From NCBI GenBank assembly GCA_043801585.1, contig JAZDLX010000174.1, forward strand, positions 1 to 13,504: DNA of 13,504 nt, given 5' to 3'. The notes under the pieces were generated by a model. It saw nothing but the letters and a program-made list of their open reading frames with translations, had not been told where the DNA came from and ran no database searches. The position numbers and the translations under genes were made by a program. This stretch comes from a bacterium (GTDB lineage Bacteria; Electryoneota; Electryoneia; Electryoneales; Electryoneaceae). This document shows positions 6,448-13,504 of this stretch, piece by piece. The first letter of the stretch is position 1, and each line of letters begins with the position of its first letter.

Positions 6448-6825
6448 TTACGACATCAGGCTGATCAGTTTGACCATGACGGTCGTTTCCAGGTATTCAA
6501 GGTCGATCGGTTTGGTCACAAAATCCGCAGCGCCCAACTTCAGCGCTTCCCGGCCGATATTCACTTCGTGCACGGCCGTCACCATGATCACGCCGACTTC
6601 CTGATCCTTCTCACGGATTTTCGACAACGTTTCGATGCCATCCATCTGCGGCATGCGAACGTCCAGCAGGATCACGTGAGGATTGAACGTTTCCAGCTTT
6701 TCAAGCGCTTCCTGACCGCTGTTCGCGATCTGTGGTTCATATCCCTTAAGCTGAAAAAACGCCGAAAGGAAATCACTGATATCCGGTTCGTCATCAACAA
6801 TCAGAATACGGCCTTTTGAATTCAT
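6448..6825 (-). CDS. Stand-alone response regulator receiver protein (CheY-like, 125 aa)
   Basis: ILIVDDE, LLDVRMPQMDG (phospho-Asp), VTA, GAADFVTKP; no output domain. Likely start MNSKG at 6825, not 6942. Confidence 0.9.
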   Translation of the reverse strand: MNSKGRILIVDDEPDISDFLSAFFQLKGYEPQIANSGQEALEKLETFNPHVILLDVRMPQMDGIETLSKIREKDQEVGVIMVTAVHEVNIGREALKLGAADFVTKPIDLEYLETTVMVKLISLMS

Positions 6826-6889
6826 AGATTCACCCTTTACGAGCTGGACGCGACCGGTCAACGTCGCGGTTCGTATGACAATCATGTGC

Positions 6890-6918
6890 AATATAGATAA
6901 GGCCCTGCGGGAAAACAA
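6890..6918 (-). promoter_or_regulatory. Possible sigma70 promoter for the response regulator and tatA
   Basis: Minus strand TTGTTT-N17-TATATT in the intergenic gap; weak -35. Confidence 0.3.
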
Positions 6919-6953
6919 CGAGTGCAAATTTTGAGAAGCCAAAGAACAGGGTC

Positions 6954-8324
6954 CTATTCTGCCCCCAATTCAGATGCCTGTGCGGGACGTTCGCCGAGAG
7001 CCGAACGCCGGCCCTCCGCCTCGTTGACCCATGTCAACAGGACGATGCCAAGCAGGAAAAAGACCACGAGGGCGAGGATCGCGAGGCGCAGCGATCCCGT
7101 GATCGCAACTACGATACCGTAAGTCAGCGGACCCAGGAGGCTCGCAAAACGGCCGGACACCGCGAAAAAGCCGAAGAATTCAGCCTCATGCCCGACCGGG
7201 GTAAAGGTTCCCTGCAGCGCCCTTGCAAGCGACTGGCTTGCACCCATCACCATCCCGGCAACGACTCCCATCACGAAATATTCCTCGATGGGATGTCCCG
7301 TCCACCCGATGAAGTACGCCGAGATGACGACGGCGCACCAGATCACCAGCGTGATCAACAGAGACAACTTGTTGCCCAGGTGCGAGGAGATGCGGCCGAA
7401 CAGCAGCGACCCGCCGAACGCCGTGAACTGGATCAACAGGAAATACCCGATTAGGAGACTCTGTTCCATGCCCAGCACCTGGTCGCCGAAAATCGCCGCC
7501 ATCAGAATGACGGTTTCGATGCCGTCATTGAAAAAGAGATAAGCGATGAGGAAGCGCCAGAGCTGACGGTACTTCCGAATCTGACGGAAACTATCCGCCA
7601 GCCGCCGGAAGGTCTGCCGGGCCTGTTCGGGGATCGATGCCTTTTCGAGAGGTTCGCCGTGCTCGTGAAGGTTTGCCAGCAGAGGAATGGAGAAAAGAGC
7701 CCACCAGAACGATACGGTGAGAAACGTGTGGTGGACGTTCAGCGATCCTTCCGCGAAACCCAGCCATTGAGGTTTTTGCAGCATGATCAGATTCAGCAGC
7801 AGCAGTGTGCCGCCGCCCAGGTAGCCGGTTCCCCAGCCCCAGCCGGAAACACGCCCCATCTCGTCCGGGCTGGCGATGTCCCGCAAAAAGGCGTTGTAGT
7901 AAACGTTTCCACCCGCGAACGCGATGTTGGCGAGGATGAACCAGATTCCTCCCCAGAGCCATTGACCGGGACCGGCGGTGGCGAGCATCCCGGTGGAGAC
8001 GACTCCGATCAGGATGTAGACGCTGAGGAACTTTTTCTTTGCGCGGCGGGAATCCGCCCAGGCGCCGAGGATTGGGGCGGTGATCGCGACGATCAGCATC
8101 GAGATCGTCACGATGAAATTGAACATCGCCGCGCCGTGAACGTGGTGGCTGATCCCGAACAGGGTGACAGGCACTCCCTCCGCGCCACGGGCGATGACAC
8201 CAGCGTAATAACGGTTGAAAATGACAGCGAGGATGGTTGTCGCAAAGGCGGAATTGGCAAAGTCGTAAAGGCACCAGGAAAAAACTTCGCGGCCGGAGGC
8301 TCGGCTCGTCGTCATTCCATGCAA
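6954..8324 (-). CDS. MFS transporter, UMF1/Atg22-like family
   Basis: SWCLYDFANSAFATTI, APILGAWAD, YNAFLRDI...GRVSGWGWGTGYLGG, YLFFNDGI, GASQSLAR, EFFGFFAVSGR; about 12 hydrophobic segments. GGAGG lies 6 nt before TTG 8324 (alternative ATG at 8315). Confidence 0.9.
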   Translation of the reverse strand: MHGMTTSRASGREVFSWCLYDFANSAFATTILAVIFNRYYAGVIARGAEGVPVTLFGISHHVHGAAMFNFIVTISMLIVAITAPILGAWADSRRAKKKFLSVYILIGVVSTGMLATAGPGQWLWGGIWFILANIAFAGGNVYYNAFLRDIASPDEMGRVSGWGWGTGYLGGGTLLLLNLIMLQKPQWLGFAEGSLNVHHTFLTVSFWWALFSIPLLANLHEHGEPLEKASIPEQARQTFRRLADSFRQIRKYRQLWRFLIAYLFFNDGIETVILMAAIFGDQVLGMEQSLLIGYFLLIQFTAFGGSLLFGRISSHLGNKLSLLITLVIWCAVVISAYFIGWTGHPIEEYFVMGVVAGMVMGASQSLARALQGTFTPVGHEAEFFGFFAVSGRFASLLGPLTYGIVVAITGSLRLAILALVVFFLLGIVLLTWVNEAEGRRSALGERPAQASELGAE

Positions 8325-8414
8325 TGGCCACCTCCACGGATCAGAATGAATCGCGCCGTATGTCCTCTTGATTCAACGAGATCGGCTCCGCGGGAGAGCG
8401 TCATGGCAACACTC

Positions 8415-8864
8415 TCAGACGTTGTCTCCGGGGGAGCTGTCTTCGGGAATCGGGAGGCCACCGGTATCATCGGCAAGTGCCCGCAGTTCATCCTTGATCT
8501 GCTGAATCTTCTTGATCTTCGTCTGGATCCGATCAAACAGATCCTGTTTGGCGACGATGCCCTCGGCAATCAGGTAAGCGGCCGCTTCGCTGCGGCTGCG
8601 GAACAGTCCGGCATCCTTCAGGTCAGAGATGCGTGCCAGGGTTTCATCGTTGACCCGTACCATCAGCACGTGTTCACGAGCCTGCAATGCCCTTTTAACC
8701 ACGGTGGATACGTTCTCCGCGCCAACAGTGAATCCCTTGGCAACCCGGTTCACAGCGTCCTTGACCTTTTTGCCCGCAATCGATTCCTCGTACTCGTCCG
8801 ACTCGATAGAATCCTGTTCGGTGAGATCCGGATCGATCGTCTTATCGTTCGTTTTTGCTGGCAT
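8415..8864 (-). CDS. Hypothetical protein with an internal RHH-like DNA-binding motif and a C-terminal coiled coil
   Basis: VLMVRVNDETLARISDLKDAGLFRSRSEAAAYLI fits the CopG/Arc pattern. Acidic N-terminus, heptad-like IQTKIKKIQQIKDELRAL, and AAGGAG upstream. Confidence 0.75.
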   Translation of the reverse strand: MPAKTNDKTIDPDLTEQDSIESDEYEESIAGKKVKDAVNRVAKGFTVGAENVSTVVKRALQAREHVLMVRVNDETLARISDLKDAGLFRSRSEAAAYLIAEGIVAKQDLFDRIQTKIKKIQQIKDELRALADDTGGLPIPEDSSPGDNV

Positions 8865-9000
8865 TCCAATACTCCTTATAGCGGCTTAGTCCCCGGAGAG
8901 AACGTGAGTCCTCCCGCCCGGACAAGATAGGTGGCGGGGGTGCATACTCCCAACAATGTAACCCGCTAACGAAAGAGTTGTACTCCTCTCTTGCTGAAAT

Positions 9001-11301
9001 TCACCACCAACGATCAATAATATCAAGAAGTTCCTTGATGCTCTGGACAACAGGGCTTGACGCCCACGCGTCCGGAAGCATTACCGCCAGCCTTTCATCG
9101 GCGTACCGCTGCCCGGCGAGAATGATTATCCCGCGTTGATCCGGAGCGCGAAAAAGCCTTCCCGCAGCCTGGCGTGCCCGAATCAGCCCTGGAAGGTGCG
9201 CGGCCTGAGCTCGTGCTTCCTGATCGTCCTCGAATCGTTCCAGCAGCAGTTCTCCGCGTGTTGAGGGCGGAGGAACGCCTGGCGAAACGATGATGCACCC
9301 ATCATAGGTCCCCGCGGGAAGTTCCACGCCTTCGCCGATGGCTCCACCCATCACCGCCATCAACAGCGAGGGTCCCTCTGCGCCCTCGAGGATCCGTTCG
9401 AGGAGATGGATCGGCACTCCCGGACTCAGCACTGCGAGAGTAATTCCACGTCCGGCGAGCTCACGCTCCGCGTTCCGCAGATAGGCCGTCGATGGAAAGA
9501 ACACAGCCCATCGTCCGCCCGTTCGAGCAGGCACTTCGGCGAGCATGTCCGTCAGCGTTCCCAGGTGGTCGTCCCGTTTGCGGAAGGTTGTTGACAGCCC
9601 TGCGAAACGCAGGACGAGCCGGTTGTCGCGGTCATGAAATTCCGGCAGGATACTGTACTCCGTCCGTTCGGCAGCGAGACCGAGATCGCGGCTGAAAAGG
9701 TGAACGGGGGTGAGTGTTGCCGAGAAGAAGAGGACGCTTTGCATCCGTTTCCAGGATTCGGAAAAGAGCTCACCGGTTTCGATCAACTCGCCCTTCAGCG
9801 ATCTTGAAGAACGGTCGATCCAAAAGACGAATGCGTTCGAGCCCTTGAATCGCGACAGCTTCTCCAGCTCGTAGTACGCCTCAAGGATTGGGGGATTTTC
9901 GAACAGTTCCAGGGAGCTCAAGGCACTACTCGCCTGCTCGATCAGTGACAACCAGCCCTCCGACACGAGGTCGATCCGTTCACGGGGCGGCAGGTCAAGG
10001 TTGTCCTCGTCCGAGCGCAGCCGGTCCTCGAGTGTTTCGCACAAATCCATGACGACTTCCGCCGCGGAATGGGCGGCAGGGGAGGCTGCATCTTCGAGCA
10101 GATCGCTGACACGCTTCAACTGTTTCAGGCGAAGGTTGGACGCTGACCTGTTGCGAAGACGGTCCGGAAGTCCGTGCGCTTCGTCCACCATCAGCATGAC
10201 GTTGCGGAACGGTTTTTCAAACCGCGAGGGATGATAGGCCGAACCGGGAAGCGCCAGCAGGTTCAGATCGCCGACGATCACATCCGCGTGGAATGCCAGC
10301 TCCCGCTGCAATGCACGGGGATCGACATCGTTCTCCCGTGCAGCCATGGTGACATGCTCCGGTGTGATCGCGGTACCGTCCCCCCAGAGCAGGTCGAGCC
10401 ATTCAGGCGGATCGTACCGATCGAAGGGCCAGTCCTCGCTCCGTGTCGTTGGATCCACGCCGAGCCGTTCCTGCGAACCGAGCAACAGAACGTGTCCGAC
10501 GGCGTCTGCGGAGCCAAACGAGTCGAGCAGCTCCACCCGGTCAGACTGCTGCGAGGTGCGCGAGGTGGCGTAGAGCAGCCGCGATCCCGACCGGCTGCAC
10601 TCCCGCAGGGCGCCGAGGAGGAGCGGCGCTGTCTTGCCCATGCCTGTTGGAGCTTCGCAGAGCAGCAGCTTGCCATCACGCACCGACTGAGATGCCCGAG
10701 ACTCCAGCTCACCCTGTCCATCGCGGCGAACCGTGAACGGCCATAGGAGTTCCGATGTTTTCTCCGCTCGGCCCTGAAGACGTTGGGATTCTCTGCGATG
10801 CCACCTCAGCAGCACTCGGATGCGTTCGATAAATTCTGCGGCAATATCTCCGGACCGCACCCGATCAAAAATCCGTTCTGAACCGTCCGGGAGGATATAG
10901 GTGAGACGGCCCTGTACATCTCCGGAATGATGCAGCGAGTACATCCAGAGGTAGGCGTCCAACTGCATGACATGATGAGGGCGGGGGAGATCATCGCGGG
11001 GAAACGAGCTTTTCACCTCCTCGATGATCGTAACAGGATTCTCTTCCCAGATTCCATCCAGCCGGGCATTCATTTCGATCCGGGCGTCGTCGATGGTCAG
11101 GGAGGCGTGCAACGGCTCCTCGCTGCGGAAACCGTCATGTTCGCTGGCTCTTTTCTCGGCGTAGAGCCGATGGATTTCACGGCCTGCGAAGACTCGTTCC
11201 TCTGGATTGAGAGCGATGCCGGACAACACTCGCCCACCCGGTAGCAGATCCGCCGGAGAAATGGTGAGACAGTCCGTTTCGGAATGGTAACGGGGAGCCA
11301 A
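9001..11301 (-). CDS. PD-(D/E)XK nuclease fused to an XPD/Rad3/DinG-family SF2 DNA helicase
   Basis: N-terminal RLDG...IEEVKS...HVMQLDAY (RecB/Cas4-like). Q motif RDGQ, Walker A EAPTGMGKT, DEAH, FSATL, VFFPS, GEGVEL, QAAGRLFR. GGAGG (11316-11312) suggests a TTG start at 11301; the ORF track starts at 11406. Confidence 0.88.
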   Translation of the reverse strand: MAPRYHSETDCLTISPADLLPGGRVLSGIALNPEERVFAGREIHRLYAEKRASEHDGFRSEEPLHASLTIDDARIEMNARLDGIWEENPVTIIEEVKSSFPRDDLPRPHHVMQLDAYLWMYSLHHSGDVQGRLTYILPDGSERIFDRVRSGDIAAEFIERIRVLLRWHRRESQRLQGRAEKTSELLWPFTVRRDGQGELESRASQSVRDGKLLLCEAPTGMGKTAPLLLGALRECSRSGSRLLYATSRTSQQSDRVELLDSFGSADAVGHVLLLGSQERLGVDPTTRSEDWPFDRYDPPEWLDLLWGDGTAITPEHVTMAARENDVDPRALQRELAFHADVIVGDLNLLALPGSAYHPSRFEKPFRNVMLMVDEAHGLPDRLRNRSASNLRLKQLKRVSDLLEDAASPAAHSAAEVVMDLCETLEDRLRSDEDNLDLPPRERIDLVSEGWLSLIEQASSALSSLELFENPPILEAYYELEKLSRFKGSNAFVFWIDRSSRSLKGELIETGELFSESWKRMQSVLFFSATLTPVHLFSRDLGLAAERTEYSILPEFHDRDNRLVLRFAGLSTTFRKRDDHLGTLTDMLAEVPARTGGRWAVFFPSTAYLRNAERELAGRGITLAVLSPGVPIHLLERILEGAEGPSLLMAVMGGAIGEGVELPAGTYDGCIIVSPGVPPPSTRGELLLERFEDDQEARAQAAHLPGLIRARQAAGRLFRAPDQRGIIILAGQRYADERLAVMLPDAWASSPVVQSIKELLDIIDRWW

Positions 11302-11525
11302 AAGTGTCCAGCCTCCTGGTTCATCAGGCGTCAATCCAGTCCGCCGCGGGTGCGCAACGAGGTGCCAATGCACGATCGATGCATCACCCGGACCTGACTT
11401 TTGCATGTTTCTAAGTTGTTGACATGTAATACTCTGCGCAAGTTACGTCCCCTTCGAGAGGCTCGCCGGGTGCCTCGGCATCCACAAAGGTCGAGCCTAT
11501 ATTAGGCAGGATTACGGGGAAGAAC

Positions 11526-12182
11526 ATGAACCATTACGTAGCGATTGCAGGAAACATCGGCGTCGGCAAAACCACGATAACATCGAAAATCTCCGAGGCG
11601 CTTGGATGGAAAGCCTATTTCGAACCGGTGATCGACAATCCGTATCTCGACCCATTCTACAAGGATATGCACACCTGGAGTTTTCACCTTCAGATCTACT
11701 TTCTCGCAAAACGGTTTGAATCGCAGCGGGAGATCAGCCAGTCCCGCGTCTCCTGCATCCAGGACAGAACCATCTATGAGGATGTGGAGATTTTCGCGCG
11801 CACGCTCCATCGTCAGGGTTTCATGTCGCCACAGGACTTCGAAACCTACCATGACTTGTTTCACGGAATGGTCAGCTATCTCCGCCCGCCGGACATGATC
11901 CTCTACCTTCGCGCGAACGTGGACGAATTGGTGCAGCGCATCAGTTCACGCGGTCGTGAGATGGAAAAGGGAATCGCTCGTGAATACCTGGAGGAACTGA
12001 ATCGTTCCTATGAAGGGTGGGCGGAACGAACGACGAAAATCTGTCCGGTACGGATCATCGATACGGTTGGAGTCGACAACGGCGCGGATCAGGTCGCGGA
12101 AAGTGCGTTGGCGGAAATACGGGAGCATTTCGGACTGATGCACTTGAACGGTCAGGACGACGATGAAAGAGTTCAGCCATGA
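11526..12182 (+). CDS. Deoxynucleoside kinase (dNK; dCK/dAK/dGK family)
   Basis: P-loop AGNIGVGKTT, EPVIDNPYL..FY, FHLQIYFL..RF, QDRTIYED, PDMILYL, lid RISSRGREME. Confidence 0.93.
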   Translation: MNHYVAIAGNIGVGKTTITSKISEALGWKAYFEPVIDNPYLDPFYKDMHTWSFHLQIYFLAKRFESQREISQSRVSCIQDRTIYEDVEIFARTLHRQGFMSPQDFETYHDLFHGMVSYLRPPDMILYLRANVDELVQRISSRGREMEKGIAREYLEELNRSYEGWAERTTKICPVRIIDTVGVDNGADQVAESALAEIREHFGLMHLNGQDDDERVQP

Positions 12183-12583
12183 TACGGAAAATCGGTCACA
12201 TCGGGATCGCGGTTCGCAGCCTTGAGGAGAGCATTCCGCTTTACCGCGACGTTTTCGGACTGCCGCTGATGGGCACGGAAGAGGTTGCTGAGCAGAAGGT
12301 GCGGGTCGCCAACTTCGACGTTTCCGGCGTGCACATCGAGCTGCTCGAACCGACAAGCGATGATTCACCGATCGCAAAGTACCTTGAGAAAAATGGTCCG
12401 GGAATGCACCACATCTGCTTTCAGGTTGACGATGTGGATGAGTCGTTGAAAAACATTGCCGCCAGTGGAATTCGTCTTATCGACGAAACCAGCCGAGGTG
12501 GGGCGGAGGGCACCCGTGTCGGTTTTCTGCACCCGAAATCGACGGGCAGCGTTCTCGTTGAACTGAACTCGAAAGAATTGTAA
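12179..12583 (+). CDS. mce: Methylmalonyl-CoA epimerase (VOC superfamily)
   Basis: HIGIAV, EEVAEQKVRVA, IELLEP..DSPIAKYL, GPGMHHICFQV, FLHPKSTGSVLVEL. ATGA overlap with the dNK stop. Confidence 0.93.
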   Translation: MIRKIGHIGIAVRSLEESIPLYRDVFGLPLMGTEEVAEQKVRVANFDVSGVHIELLEPTSDDSPIAKYLEKNGPGMHHICFQVDDVDESLKNIAASGIRLIDETSRGGAEGTRVGFLHPKSTGSVLVELNSKEL

Positions 12584-12617
12584 CACACCGGCGCTGACCG
12601 GCGCACTTGAGGGAGTT

Positions 12618-13504
12618 ATGGCGGACACATCGAAGGGTGGGAACAAGAGTCATGTGAAAGACCACTGGCGCATCGCGACCAAGGCAATCCACGGTTTTGG
12701 CGGTGCGGATCCCGCAACGGGTGCGATCAGCCTGCCCATTTACCAGACGTCCACCTATCAATTCCGGGACAGCCAGCACGGCGCGGATCTCTTTGCCGGG
12801 GTGGCTGAAGGATACATCTATAGCCGCATCAGCAACCCGACTGTTGAGGCGTTCGAGCGCGAAATCGCCTGCCTTGAGGGTGGGGAAGCGACGCTGGGGC
12901 TGGCGTCGGGAATGGCCGCATCCTTCACTTCACTGATGACGGTGTGCAGGTCGGGGGACAGCTACATCTCCAGCAAAACCGTCTACGGCGGCACTCATGC
13001 CCTGAACGATCATGTAATGCCCCGTTTTGGCGTCACCGCTCATGAAGTGGATGCCACTGACCTGAACAAAATTGAAGATGCAATCAAAAAGGCAACGAAT
13101 CCCCGCGCACTTTTTTTTGAAACACCAGCCAATCCGACACTCACCATTCTCAACATCAGGGAACTTACCGAGCTCGGGCATAAGTACGGGTTGACCGTGA
13201 TCATGGACAACACCTTCGCCACGCCGATCCTGCAGCGTCCATTGGAGTACGGTGTGGACGTGGTGATGCATTCCGCGACGAAATACATTGGCGGACACGG
13301 GGATGTCGTCGCGGGGTGTGTGGTCTGCAGCCAGGAATTCAAAAAGCGCATGATGTCGGATGTCTATATCGACACCGGAGCAACGATGACGCCTCTGTCG
13401 GCGTGGCTGCTCCTGCGGGGATTGAAAACCCTCCCGCTCCGAATGGTAAAACATTGCGAAAATGCGATGCGGATCGCCCAGTTCCTCTCGTTCCATCCCA
13501 AGGT
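12618..13504 (+). CDS. PLP-dependent Cys/Met metabolism enzyme (methionine gamma-lyase / cystathionine gamma-lyase-like), 3' end outside the window
   Basis: Translated by hand from ATG 12618 (GAGGGAG upstream): ATKAIHG, PIYQTSTY, GYIYSRISNPT, ASGMAA, VYGGT, FETPANPTL, DNTFATP, HSATKYIGGHGD (PLP lysine), LLRGLKTL. No stop before the window end, so it is absent from the ORF track. Confidence 0.92.
   Translation, partial: MADTSKGGNKSHVKDHWRIATKAIHGFGGADPATGAISLPIYQTSTYQFRDSQHGADLFAGVAEGYIYSRISNPTVEAFEREIACLEGGEATLGLASGMAASFTSLMTVCRSGDSYISSKTVYGGTHALNDHVMPRFGVTAHEVDATDLNKIEDAIKKATNPRALFFETPANPTLTILNIRELTELGHKYGLTVIMDNTFATPILQRPLEYGVDVVMHSATKYIGGHGDVVAGCVVCSQEFKKRMMSDVYIDTGATMTPLSAWLLLRGLKTLPLRMVKHCENAMRIAQFLSFHPK

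Noticed and set aside
7659..8930. 423-aa + strand ORF
   Set aside because: Antisense shadow of the MFS and RHH-like genes in GC-rich DNA; no recognisable motifs.
9001..11301. Type IV CRISPR CasDinG or a true cas4
   Set aside because: No csf or cas genes and no array in the window, and the nuclease domain lacks the Cas4 cysteines.
12587..12604. Direct repeat ACCGGCGC-TG-ACCGGCGC before the lyase RBS
   Set aside because: Only 8 bp, GC-rich and inside a probable operon; chance cannot be excluded. The 34-bp gap is too short for a SAM riboswitch.
12930..13496. 188-aa - strand ORF
   Set aside because: Antisense to the PLP-dependent lyase that occupies the + strand.

Overview
Bacterial chromosomal window, mostly GC-rich (visually about 55-60% GC) housekeeping genes. 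Bases 1 to about 1115 are a sharply AT-rich block (sampled lines 30-35% GC) that looks like the right end of a horizontally acquired island. It holds three ATGA-coupled + strand genes: a membrane protein, a 57-aa ribbon-helix-helix-like protein missing from the ORF track, and a 3-TM membrane protein. It ends next to a candidate recombination site. The core region carries trxB, rsmE, an M3/M2-type HExxH peptidase, an MBL-fold hydrolase, tatA, a stand-alone response regulator, a UMF1/Atg22-type MFS transporter, an RHH-like protein, and a PD-(D/E)XK nuclease-XPD/DinG helicase fusion that appears to lack its Fe-S cysteines. It ends with a deoxynucleoside kinase, mce and a methionine gamma-lyase-like gene, the last running off the window. 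The 5.6-6.1 kb gap between convergent genes holds a cluster of REP-like palindromes, including a 93-bp tandem unit joining a GTAG-tagged and a TGTC-tagged hairpin. I found no CRISPR array, rRNA or complete tRNA. All calls come from motif reading only; no searches were run.
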